Source of the DNA: an uncultured bacterium | Lineage (GTDB): Bacteria; Methylomirabilota; Methylomirabilia; Methylomirabilales; JACQHM01 | Direction: 5' to 3' | Assembly (NCBI GenBank): GCA_964535215.1 | Contig: CAZHST010000001.1 | Location: 82,621-146,620 of the forward strand | Length of the DNA: 64,000 nucleotides | Part shown: piece by piece, positions 1 through 7,984 of the stretch | How the letters are laid out: every line of letters starts with the position of its first letter | Position numbering within the stretch: the first letter of the stretch is position 1 | Notes under the pieces: model-generated | What the model was told of the DNA's origin: nothing | Database searches by the model: none | What the model saw: the letters and a program-made list of their open reading frames with translations, nothing else | Position numbers and translations under genes: made by a program

Positions 1-789
1 TTCACGATGGCCCTCCTCTTCGGCCTGGGGCTGACCCTCACGATCACGGCATACGGCATGGCGGTGGCGTTCCTCGGCCAGATCCTGTACCTTGACCGGG
101 CGACCCTCCTGATGTGGCTTCTGGCCGGCCTCTTAGCCTACCTCTTCGGCCTCTCTGAGCTTGGCCTCCTCCCCTGGACCCTCCCGGCCTACGCCGGGCC
201 GCTCCCCGGGACGATCCAACAGCGGGGAGATTATGCCAAGGCCTTCGGCATGGGGCTCCTCCTCGGGAACGCCGGCATCGGCTGCCCGAACCCCGCCTTC
301 TACGTCCTTCTGACCTACATCGCGGGGTCGGGGAGTGTCGTCACCGGGGCCTCCCTTGGCCTGATCCACGGCATCGGCCGGGCCACTCCCCTCTTGGCCC
401 TCTCCATCCTGGCCATCCTCGGGGTGAACGCCACCGGGTGGCTCCTCCAAAAACGGGAGCGGATCCAGGCCGCTGTGGGCTGGGGGCTCATCGGCTGGGC
501 CTCCCTGGTCATCCCCAAGGGCTACCTCTTCGGCCACGCCTTCTGGGAGGAGTCGGTCTTCCACAAGGTGTGGAACAAGCTGGTACACCTGACGTTAGGG
601 GCGAACATCGCCGAGAGCGCCCAGGTGGAACAGATGCTGGGGGACAGGCCGGTCCACGATCCATGGCTCCTGTATGGGCCGTGGGTGATCATCGGGCTCC
701 TGATCGCCCTTCCGGTGCTGTGGGATTACTACAGGCACTTGAAGGTTGGGGAGGAGGTGAAAGCCGATGCCAGACACGCGACGGCTTAG
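1..789 (+). CDS. CcdA/DsbD-type thiol-disulfide membrane protein, 5' end outside the window
   Basis: The frame is open from nt 1. Polytopic hydrophobic protein with a second-half CcdA-like motif GNAGIGCPNPAFYVLL. The first Cys motif is presumably upstream of the window. Paralogous in type to 1659..2498. Confidence 0.6.
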   Translation, partial: FTMALLFGLGLTLTITAYGMAVAFLGQILYLDRATLLMWLLAGLLAYLFGLSELGLLPWTLPAYAGPLPGTIQQRGDYAKAFGMGLLLGNAGIGCPNPAFYVLLTYIAGSGSVVTGASLGLIHGIGRATPLLALSILAILGVNATGWLLQKRERIQAAVGWGLIGWASLVIPKGYLFGHAFWEESVFHKVWNKLVHLTLGANIAESAQVEQMLGDRPVHDPWLLYGPWVIIGLLIALPVLWDYYRHLKVGEEVKADARHATA

Positions 790-811
790 CCTTCAGAGGC
801 TCTCTGAGAGA

Positions 812-994
812 ATGGCCGGCCTCATGGGGTTCATCACCGGATGGACGCTTCTCTCGCCGGGTTTGGCGTTGGCGCATGGGGATGATCACGTGACGGCTAC
901 AAGCTTCATCGGCCCGATGCTGGCCTTGGTGGTCGTCGTGACGGTCGTCGGCCTGGGGAAGGCCTTCCTCCGGGCGGTCGTCAAGAGGAGCTGA
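812..994 (+). CDS. Small exported or membrane protein (HGDDH motif, C-terminal TM helix)
   Basis: ATG at 812 in the frame of track ORF 767..994. Signal-like MAGLMGFITGWTLLSPGLALA, then HGDDH, then the hydrophobic helix MLALVVVVTVVGL. No recognised family. Confidence 0.3.
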   Translation: MAGLMGFITGWTLLSPGLALAHGDDHVTATSFIGPMLALVVVVTVVGLGKAFLRAVVKRS

Positions 995-1000
995 AGCGCG

Positions 1001-1270
1001 ATGATCATGGTGGAGCTCCTCTCGGCCCCTGGCTGAGGGAAATGTCAGACGGCCAAGGCCTTGGTCAAAGGCTTCCTCGAGAAGGCGAAAGAGGAATTCC
1101 CTGAGGTCTCCTTTCATGAGGTGGATCTCACGGAGCACCCCGAGGTGGCCGTAAAATACGGGGTCATGGCCACGCCAGCCCTGGTCATCAACGGCAGGCT
1201 GGAGTTCATAGGGGTCCCGCAAGAGAAGCAGCTTAAAGCACGGCTTGAGGCCCTGCTCGCCTCTGGATAG
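1001..1270 (+). CDS. Small thioredoxin-fold protein (redox-active disulfide protein 2 type) with predicted selenocysteine, motif U-G-K-C
   Basis: ATG 1001 is preceded by AAGAGGAG. It is in frame with track ORF 1061..1270 across a single TGA at 1034-1036. The joined protein reads MIMVELLSAPG-U-GKCQTAKALV...KYGVMATPALVINGRLEF, placing the UGA at the first Cys of the N-terminal CxxC. Confidence 0.7.
1051..1066 (+). other. Candidate bacterial SECIS hairpin (GGCCAA-GGCC-TTGGTC)
   Basis: Six-bp stem (one G-T wobble) with loop GGCC. It starts 15 nt after the UGA at 1034-1036 and shares a CCAAG...CTTGG core with the hairpin at 1484..1498. Confidence 0.35.
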
Positions 1271-1290
1271 CCGAGGAGGGGAAAACGGCG

Positions 1291-1662
1291 ATGAAGTGGC
1301 GAACGTGGCTGATTATGGAAGCGGCCAGCATCCTCGCAGGGCTGCTGGTCACCTTTGCCCTCTCCCACCAGCTCCTGATCCCTATCCGCCAAGCCCTTGT
1401 CGCCAAGCCGGTGGTGGCCGCTGAGCAGAAGACGGTGACCTTGAAGGTCGAGGGCTGGGCCTGCTCCGGCTGAGAGGCGGCGACCAAGCGGGTCTTGGAG
1501 AGGCTCGAAGGCGTGAAGGAAGTCAGGACCAGCTTTGAACGACGGGAAGTGGTGGTGACCTATGATCCGACCCGGGTGACGGTGGAAAAGCTGATCGCCA
1601 CGATCGAGCGGCTCGGGTATCAGGCACGGGTGGCCACCTCCGGCGAGAAGGGAGTGAGATGA
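1291..1662 (+). CDS. Membrane-anchored HMA (MerP/CopZ-fold) metal-binding protein with predicted selenocysteine, motif C-S-G-U
   Basis: Track ORF 1291..1473 stops at TGA 1471-1473 right after TLKVEGWACSG. Read-through in the same frame has no further stop until 1660-1662 and completes an HMA domain (EAATKRVLERLEGVKEVRTSFERREVVVTYDP...LGYQA). GAGGAGGGG RBS. The stop overlaps the ccdA start (ATGA). Confidence 0.7.
1484..1498 (+). other. Candidate bacterial SECIS hairpin (CCAAG-CGGGT-CTTGG)
   Basis: Five-bp stem with a G/U-containing loop, CGGGT, starting 11 nt after the UGA at 1471-1473. Confidence 0.35.
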
Positions 1663-2498
1663 CCAAGCCTATCGAGCGAAACCGGAGCTGGCTGAAAAGG
1701 GTTGGCCCGCTCCTTATAAGCCTCGGGGCTCTTGCCCTGATCGCTGTGGGCGGATGGTACCTCTGGAACCGATGGGTCCTGGACCTGGTGGGGAGCTTTG
1801 ACCCCTCTTCTCCCCTCCTCCTGGCCGCCTTCGGCTTCCTGGCCGGCCTCACCGCCTTCTTCGCCCCCTGCGCCTTCGCCCTCTTCCCGGGTTATATCTC
1901 CTACGCCCTCACGCTCACCGAAGCGAAGGAGGTGCAAGGCAAACGTCTCTCCTCCTCCCTCCGTTTAGGGGTCGCTGGAGCGACGGGAGCCGTCCTCTTC
2001 TTCCTCCTAATCGGGGTCGGCCTCTCGGTCCTGGGCGGCTCCCTCTCCCCCTTCCTGGTCAAGGCGAAACCGATCCTCGCCTTAGGCATCGTCCTCCTGG
2101 GCGTCCTGCTCGTCCTCGATCGCTCGCCGAACCTCCCCTTCCTCCAAGCGCTGCTCCCTGTGAGAGGCAATCCAACCAAAAGCCCTTGGAAGGGGGCCTT
2201 CCTCTACGGCTTCGGCTATGGCCTGGCCTCGACCGGCTGCACCCTCCCCGTCTACATGTCGGCCATTATCTTCCCCTTCATGAGCGGGTATCCTTTCGCT
2301 GGCTTTGTCACCTTTGTGAGTTTCGCCCTGGCGATGGGACTTCTGATGCTGGCCGTCTCCCTCCTCATCGGCTTCTCCCGGCAGACCCTGATCCACAGGC
2401 TCCAGGCCAAAACCAGGACGCTCAAGCGGATCGGCGGGATCATCCTGATCGGGGTCGGCCTCTACGCGGGCTACTACTATCTCAGGGCCGGGATGTGA
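1659..2498 (+). CDS. ccdA: Cytochrome c biogenesis/thiol-disulfide transporter CcdA family protein
   Basis: Six or more TM helices and both conserved Cys motifs: FFAPCAFALFPGY and ASTGCTLPVYMS. Confidence 0.8.
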   Translation: MTKPIERNRSWLKRVGPLLISLGALALIAVGGWYLWNRWVLDLVGSFDPSSPLLLAAFGFLAGLTAFFAPCAFALFPGYISYALTLTEAKEVQGKRLSSSLRLGVAGATGAVLFFLLIGVGLSVLGGSLSPFLVKAKPILALGIVLLGVLLVLDRSPNLPFLQALLPVRGNPTKSPWKGAFLYGFGYGLASTGCTLPVYMSAIIFPFMSGYPFAGFVTFVSFALAMGLLMLAVSLLIGFSRQTLIHRLQAKTRTLKRIGGIILIGVGLYAGYYYLRAGM

Positions 2499-2525
2499 CG
2501 TCGTAGCCATCTGCTGATTGCAAAG

Positions 2526-2864
2526 ATGAAACGGCACACTGCAATGGTGCATCTCTCATTTCTGATCCTCGGCTTGACTCTTCTCGCGCTCGGCCTGGCT
2601 GTCCGACCTTCGCCCGCGCTGGCGGATAAGCTCTTCCATGGCGAGGGCAAAGTCCTATCGGTAGGACCAAAGCAGGACATCGTGATCATCAAGCACGGCG
2701 AGATTCGGGGTCTGATGGGCTCCATGGTCATGGCGTTCAGGGTGGCATCGCCCAACCTCCTAAAGGGGATCAAACCTGGCGATATGATACAGTTCGTGTT
2801 AAAGGAGGAGGGGATAGACTTTCTCATTGTTGAAATCAAGCCCCTCGGAAAGCCCTCGTATTGA
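2526..2864 (+). CDS. CusF-like periplasmic Cu(I)/Ag(I)-binding protein
   Basis: Signal peptide. GEGKVLSV...IVIIKHGEIRGLMGSMVMAFRV aligns by eye with the CusF H...M-x-M site (IHHDPI..WPEMTMRF), followed by GDMIQFV. Confidence 0.65.
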   Translation: MKRHTAMVHLSFLILGLTLLALGLAVRPSPALADKLFHGEGKVLSVGPKQDIVIIKHGEIRGLMGSMVMAFRVASPNLLKGIKPGDMIQFVLKEEGIDFLIVEIKPLGKPSY

Positions 2865-2865
2865 G

Positions 2866-3531
2866 ATGAGAGATGGAAACACCCAGGACAGGGATGCTAT
2901 GGCGCCGGCCGAAAGGATGACACGTTCAGAGACCCTCCAGCGAAAGGACGGGCGAGAGATCATCACGGCGCTCGACCAGGCGCCCTTCACCCGGCGACAC
3001 GCGCTCTTCCTCGCCGCCCTGCTTGCCGCCCTGGTCTTCGACTACGCGAAACCGTTTACGATCTCATTCGTGATTCCGGGGATGCGCGCGATGTGGAACC
3101 TCTCCGAGGCCGGTGCCGCCTACCTGCCCGTGGCCGGGCTGTTCGGCACCATGGTAGGTTCAGTCTTCTGGGGGTTCATGGCCGACCGGATCGGACGCCG
3201 GACGACTTTGTTATGGACGGTGGGCATCTTCTCAGCCGCCAGCCTGTGCGGGCTGGCCGTGGAATACTGGAACTCGCTCCTGGCCTGCTTCGTGATGGGG
3301 ACCGGGGTGGGAGGCGAGACGCCTATCGTCTTCGCGCTGGCGGCCGAGTATATCCCTGCCAGGCTGCGGGGGCGCACGCTCCTGTTCCTGGGCATCGTCG
3401 GCTCAACCGGAGGTTACGCGCTGGCTGCGCTCATCGCGACGGCCATGGTACTGGCCGTAGCGGGCGTGGAGACGCGGGGCCGGACCCTGGAGCAGATCAA
3501 GGGAGGCCAGTCCCATGACACGTATGATTGA
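2866..3531 (+). CDS. MFS transporter, N-terminal six-helix half only (possible internal deletion)
   Basis: MFS signatures GFMADRIGRR and E..P...RGR are present. After about TM6 the sequence jumps to a typical MFS C-terminal tail, VETRGRTLEQI. About 221 aa, against the usual 400+. Confidence 0.55.
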   Translation: MRDGNTQDRDAMAPAERMTRSETLQRKDGREIITALDQAPFTRRHALFLAALLAALVFDYAKPFTISFVIPGMRAMWNLSEAGAAYLPVAGLFGTMVGSVFWGFMADRIGRRTTLLWTVGIFSAASLCGLAVEYWNSLLACFVMGTGVGGETPIVFALAAEYIPARLRGRTLLFLGIVGSTGGYALAALIATAMVLAVAGVETRGRTLEQIKGGQSHDTYD

Positions 3532-3751
3532 GTTTGCGGTTACCGGTGAGCAGAAGATCCACTGCGCGGGCTGCGAGGAGCGGATCGGGAATGCCCTCCG
3601 GCGCCTAGCCGGCATCCAGGATGTTAAGGCCAGCGCCCAAACCCAGCGGGTGGTGGTGACCATTGACCTCACCCAGGTCCGCCCAGACCAGGTGCAGGCG
3701 AAGCTGGAGCAACTGGGCTACCAGGTGAGATCCCAGGAGGGTTCCCGATGA
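3515..3751 (+). CDS. copZ: CopZ-like heavy-metal-associated (HMA) chaperone
   Basis: 78 aa. HCAGCE CxxC motif in a beta-alpha-beta-beta-alpha-beta pattern, ending LEQLGYQV. Confidence 0.8.
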   Translation: MTRMIEFAVTGEQKIHCAGCEERIGNALRRLAGIQDVKASAQTQRVVVTIDLTQVRPDQVQAKLEQLGYQVRSQEGSR

Positions 3752-6246
3752 GCACCCGCTCTCCGAACAGCCAGAGCAACGTGGCGGCGCGGACGAACGC
3801 ACCGGAGGCCTTCGTCATAGCGGATGGAACCGAGAAGCTCCAGGTCAAAATCGGCGGGATGGCCTGCTCCTTCTGCATTGCCAGCATCACGAAGGCGCTG
3901 GGGCGCATGGAGGGCGTCTACGAGGTCAACGTCAGCTTAGCCCACGAAGAGGCGCTGATCACATACGACCCGACGAAGGTCACGTCGGCCCGGCTTAAGG
4001 AAACGCTACGCGACCTCGGCTACACCGTGCGCGATGCCAAGAAGGTCCGTACCTTTGAAGAGGAAGAGGCTGAACTCCGGCGCGAGCGAGACAACCTCCT
4101 CCTGGCGGCTGGGTTCTCCGCCATGGCGATCGGCGCGATGATCCTGATGTGGCTCGATCTCCTACCCCCGCAAGCGTGGCCGTCCCTGTTCTGGCTCCTG
4201 CCGATCCTGGCGCTTTCGACAATCTTCGGGCCGGGCTGGCCCATCCTGACCATGGCCTGGGCGAGCCTCCGCCGGGGTATCCTGAACCAGCATGTCCTCC
4301 TGGAGTTCTGCGCCTTCGCCGGGCTCATCGGCGGCTTCCTGGGCTATCTCTCCCCCGACTTCCCCCTGCACGACTTCTTTGCCGTCGCGGTCTTCGTGAC
4401 CACCTACCACATCCTCTCGGGCTACGTCTCGCTCTTGGTTCGCACCCGTAGCTCGCAGGCCGTGCGCAAACTCTTGGCGCTGGTACCGCCCACCGCGCGC
4501 GTCGTGCGCGATGGCCGCGAAGAAGAAATCCCGCTTGAAGAGGTCCAGCCCGGTGACCTGGTCCGCATCCGTCCCGGTGAGTCAATCCCGGTTGATGGCG
4601 AAGTCGTCAAGGGCGCATCCAGCGTGGACGAGAGCCTGGTGACGGGCGAGTCGATCCCCGCGGAGAAGGGGTCGGGGGACACGGTGATCGGCGGCTCGGT
4701 GAACCAGATCGGCACGCTGCTTGTCCGGGTGACAAAGGTCGGCGAGGAGAGCTTCCTCCAGCAGGTGGCGCGGCAGGTTGAGGAGGCGCGGGCCTTAAAG
4801 CCCGGGATTCTGGTGCTGGTTGATCGCATCCTCCAGGTCTACGTCCCGGCCGTGCTCGGCTTCGCCGGGGCCGCTGTCCTGATCTGGACCCTTGGTGCGT
4901 GGCTGGTGACCGGGTCCCCGGACTGGGCCCGGGCCCTTTATGCCGCCCTGGCCGTGCTCGTCATGGGCTATCCCTGTGCTCTAGGGATGGCAACCCCGCT
5001 GGCGATGATCCGCGGCGGGGGGATGGCCGCCGAGCGGGGCATCCTGATGCGCTCGGCCCAGGCCTTCCAGGCCCTCAAGGATGTCCGGAAGGTCGTGCTC
5101 GACAAGACCGGGACGATCACGCGCGGGAAGCCGGCCGTGGTCGAGGTCGTCGCCCTGGCCGGGTATGAGAAGACCGAAGTGCTCCGCCTGGCTGCCGCCG
5201 CCGAGAGCGCCTCTGAGCATCCCCTGGCCCGGGCGGTCGTGGCCGAGGCCGAAGCTCAGCACCTCCCGCTCCCAGCGGCCCAAGACTTTCAGGCCGTGCC
5301 CGGCCAGGGGGTCACGGCGATGGTCGAAGGGTACCGCGTCGTGGTCGGCAGCCCGTTGTTCCTCGAGGGCAAAGGGATCGACTTGGGACCGGCGCGAAAG
5401 CAGGTCGAGACGCTGCAGGCCTCAGGTCACACGGTCATCGCCCTGGCGGTGGACGGGAAGCCGGCAGCTTTGATCGCCATCGCCGACCAGATCAAACCAG
5501 ACGCCAGGGAGGCGATCCAGCGTCTGCGGGCAGCCGGATTGGAGCCGGTGATGCTGACCGGCGACAACGCCCGGACGGCCCGGGCGGTGGCCGAGCAGGT
5601 GGGTATTCCCGAGTATCGGGCTGAGGTGTTGCCCCAGGACAAGGCGGCAGCCGTGCGGGATTTGCAGCGCCAGGGCTCCCGGGTGGCAATGGTGGGGGAT
5701 GGCATCAACGACGCCCCGGCCCTGATGCAGGCCGACGTCGGCATCGCCATCGGTGCCGGCACGGACATCGCCATCGAGTCAGCCGATGTGGTGATCATCG
5801 GCGAGCGGCTCAGTGCGGTGGTCGAGGCCTACTCCATTGGCAAGGCTTCCTATCGCAAGACGGTGCAGAACCTGGCACTGGCCTTTGCCTTCAACGGCAT
5901 CGGGGTGCCCCTCGCCACAACCGGACTCGTGCACCCGGTCTGGGCGATGATCGCCATGGTCTTAAGCGTCAGCACCGTACTGACCAACTCCTTCGCCGGG
6001 CGGCTGCTCCCGAAGCGGCGCCGTGGCCGCCTAGCCCAGCTTACGCTCCGGATCACTAACCTGCACTGCGAGCACTGCCTCGCCTCCATCAAGGAGGCCG
6101 CCAGTAAACTCGGCGGCGTTGAGGATGTGACCGGCGATCCGGCCGGGCAGGTCGTCACGATTACCTATCGCGAGGGCACCGTCGAGCCGGAGGGCATTCG
6201 TCAGGCGATCATCGAGCGTGGTTCCAGGTTGTCTAGGAGTCGTTGA
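3748..6246 (+). CDS. Heavy-metal translocating P1B-type ATPase with N- and C-terminal HMA domains and a non-canonical YPC membrane motif
   Basis: N-terminal GMACSFC; TGES; DKTGTIT; [10 protein letters not shown]. The transmembrane motif is [12 protein letters not shown], not CPC. C-terminal HMA domain LHCEHC. Confidence 0.95.
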   Translation: MSTRSPNSQSNVAARTNAPEAFVIADGTEKLQVKIGGMACSFCIASITKALGRMEGVYEVNVSLAHEEALITYDPTKVTSARLKETLRDLGYTVRDAKKVRTFEEEEAELRRERDNLLLAAGFSAMAIGAMILMWLDLLPPQAWPSLFWLLPILALSTIFGPGWPILTMAWASLRRGILNQHVLLEFCAFAGLIGGFLGYLSPDFPLHDFFAVAVFVTTYHILSGYVSLLVRTRSSQAVRKLLALVPPTARVVRDGREEEIPLEEVQPGDLVRIRPGESIPVDGEVVKGASSVDESLVTGESIPAEKGSGDTVIGGSVNQIGTLLVRVTKVGEESFLQQVARQVEEARALKPGILVLVDRILQVYVPAVLGFAGAAVLIWTLGAWLVTGSPDWARALYAALAVLVMGYPCALGMATPLAMIRGGGMAAERGILMRSAQAFQALKDVRKVVLDKTGTITRGKPAVVEVVALAGYEKTEVLRLAAAAESASEHPLARAVVAEAEAQHLPLPAAQDFQAVPGQGVTAMVEGYRVVVGSPLFLEGKGIDLGPARKQVETLQASGHTVIALAVDGKPAALIAIADQIKPDAREAIQRLRAAGLEPVMLTGDNARTARAVAEQVGIPEYRAEVLPQDKAAAVRDLQRQGSRVAMVGDGINDAPALMQADVGIAIGAGTDIAIESADVVIIGERLSAVVEAYSIGKASYRKTVQNLALAFAFNGIGVPLATTGLVHPVWAMIAMVLSVSTVLTNSFAGRLLPKRRRGRLAQLTLRITNLHCEHCLASIKEAASKLGGVEDVTGDPAGQVVTITYREGTVEPEGIRQAIIERGSRLSRSR

Positions 6247-6281
6247 TGGATGGACAAGAGATGGCATGAGGAGGGGAGCCC

Positions 6282-6788
6282 ATGACCCGTAACCTGCTTG
6301 TGACCGCGCTGGTGGCGGTGATCATCGCCGGCTTCGTGCTGGCCACGAAAGCCTTGACAGGGTCTGTCGCCCCGCCGATCAAAGGCTATCTGGAGGGACA
6401 GGCCATCCGCTTCATCCACACCGAGGCGTCGGACCTCAAGGTCGCCGAGCTGCTGACCAAAATGAAGGATTCGCCGGTTGTGCACGTGCCGTCCCTGGCC
6501 CAGGCGCCCGAGGCGATGCTCGCCAACGTTTACGTCTTCAAGAACGGCATTAAAGGTGGCGGGCCGTTGGGGTTTCAACCGGACGTCTTTGATCATCCAC
6601 CGGGGACGAATGGGTATAGCCCGTTGCGCCGGCTGATCCTGGTCACCTGGAAGGACGAGGGGTCTGCTCGCGTCCTGAAGACCGTGGCCGAGGTGAAGGA
6701 GGCCGCGGCCAAGGGGGAGATCACGCTCGAGCGGACCGGTGTGGTCATCAACATGCCGCTGCTGACCTGGCCGGGCGGACGAAGATAG
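6282..6788 (+). CDS. Conserved hypothetical membrane-anchored or exported protein
   Basis: GAGGAGGGG RBS and an N-terminal TM helix. Coding-like composition. No catalytic motif recognised. Confidence 0.55.
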   Translation: MTRNLLVTALVAVIIAGFVLATKALTGSVAPPIKGYLEGQAIRFIHTEASDLKVAELLTKMKDSPVVHVPSLAQAPEAMLANVYVFKNGIKGGGPLGFQPDVFDHPPGTNGYSPLRRLILVTWKDEGSARVLKTVAEVKEAAAKGEITLERTGVVINMPLLTWPGGRR

Positions 6789-6793
6789 CATGT

Positions 6794-6979
6794 ATGTCCA
6801 CGAAGGGCGCAGCCGCTCTGGGGCCGTCCCTTGTTGCTGAAGGGCCAAAGGCGAACCCCTTCGGTCTCGCACCCCTTGGCTTTCTGGTCCCTATCTGGGC
6901 CGCCGCCCAGAGTCTCCCGGATGTGGCGATCATGCTCAACTCTTCCCGGCTCCTTTGGCCCGCCAGGGCCAGCCGCTGA
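6794..6979 (+). pseudogene. Possible relic of the C-terminus of a second P1B-type ATPase
   Basis: The translation NPFGLAPLGFLVPIWAAAQSLPDVAIMLNSSRLLW resembles the last two TM helices of CopA-type pumps (N..GIPLAAG.L.P..AAAAMALSSVSVV.NSLRL). No upstream ATPase body is present. Confidence 0.3.
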
Positions 6980-7166
6980 CCTTAAGGCCCGCCCTATCAA
7001 GCGGGAGTTTATCGAGGGGCGGCTTTCGTATCTCGACACCGTCTCGGAGTTGAACATCGCCGTGGCCGATCGGGAAGAGGCCGCAGGCACCCCGCTCATC
7101 GAGACAGGGAAGGGGTCATCATGATCCGTTTCAAAAAGCTCTGAGGTGCAATAAAATGATGGGGAA

Positions 7167-7559
7167 ATGAGCGGATGGTCGATTCTCGCTGGATTACTTG
7201 GAATCCTTGGCACAGGGGTTGCGATGGCCTCCCTCACGCGAAGGGAGGCCAGCCCGCGCCCTGAAATCCCCTGGCTCGTGGGGATTGCTGCCCTTTTCCC
7301 GGCCTGGCTTCTCGCCTTCCTTGATCTCCTGGGGCGTTCGAGTGGACCGCGGCCTGAGAAAGTCTTAAGCCTCTCATGGATCCTGACATCGTCTGTTGCC
7401 CTCCTCGGGGTCATTGCCACGGACCAGATAGTCAAGCGCCTTCGGGAATCAGGCCGTACGCGTCACCCGGGGATTTACTGGCTCCTTGGCGTCGTGGCCC
7501 TCCTTCCCGCCTGGGGGATCGCTCTCTTCGCCTTAAGCAGGATCCCCCCGACAAAATAG
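7167..7559 (+). CDS. Hypothetical 4-TM membrane protein with an internal repeat
   Basis: Hydrophobic profile. The repeated segments are PEIPWLVGIAALFPAWLLAFL and HPGIYWLLGVVALLPAWGIALF. Confidence 0.45.
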   Translation: MSGWSILAGLLGILGTGVAMASLTRREASPRPEIPWLVGIAALFPAWLLAFLDLLGRSSGPRPEKVLSLSWILTSSVALLGVIATDQIVKRLRESGRTRHPGIYWLLGVVALLPAWGIALFALSRIPPTK

Positions 7560-7575
7560 AAGGGGCCTCCTCTTC
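7559..7575. terminator. Small hairpin between convergent genes (possible bidirectional terminator)
   Basis: GAAGGGG-CCT-CCTCTTC, a 7-bp stem including one G-T pair, between stops at 7559 (+) and 7580 (-). No clear T-tract. Confidence 0.25.
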
Positions 7576-7579
7576 TCTC

Positions 7580-7984
7580 CTACAGTCCCCAACTGAAGAC
7601 CTTCTGGATCTTGACCTCGACAATTACCGATTCCCCTTCTTCCAGCGCGGCCTGGCTCTCGTACTGAAGGTACTTCTGGTACAGGAGGCGGCGGATCGTG
7701 CGGAAGCGGGGGCCCCGGGGGATGAGGGTGGCCTCGCCCTGGACCATGACGCCTTTCAAGCCTTCCCAGGCCTCAGTATAGTCATCGAACGTGAGGGCGA
7801 TACGGGGATTGTGCTCAAGGTTTCTCACCTTTTTGGCGTCGGCGGCCGTGGCGAAGTAGAGCTTGTTGTTGTCTAAAAGGGGGCAGACCGGGACATTGTG
7901 CGGCATCCCATCCTCGTCCACCGTGGCCACACGGCAGACCCTGGCAAAGCGGATGAAATCAGCCTCAGCTTTCTTTAGACGCAT
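7580..7984 (-). CDS. Pyridoxamine 5'-phosphate oxidase-like (PPOX-class FMN/F420-binding split barrel) protein
   Basis: 134 aa. Pattern ARVCRVATVDEDGMPHNVPV...YFAT...KKVRNLEHNPRIAL is typical of the PPOX family. Confidence 0.6.
   Translation of the reverse strand: MRLKKAEADFIRFARVCRVATVDEDGMPHNVPVCPLLDNNKLYFATAADAKKVRNLEHNPRIALTFDDYTEAWEGLKGVMVQGEATLIPRGPRFRTIRRLLYQKYLQYESQAALEEGESVIVEVKIQKVFSWGL

Noticed and set aside
6593-7435. 280-aa minus-strand ORF spanning the unassigned gap 6789-7166.
   Set aside because: The composition is Arg/Ser/Pro-rich. It overlaps two better-supported plus-strand genes at both ends and has no motif or RBS.
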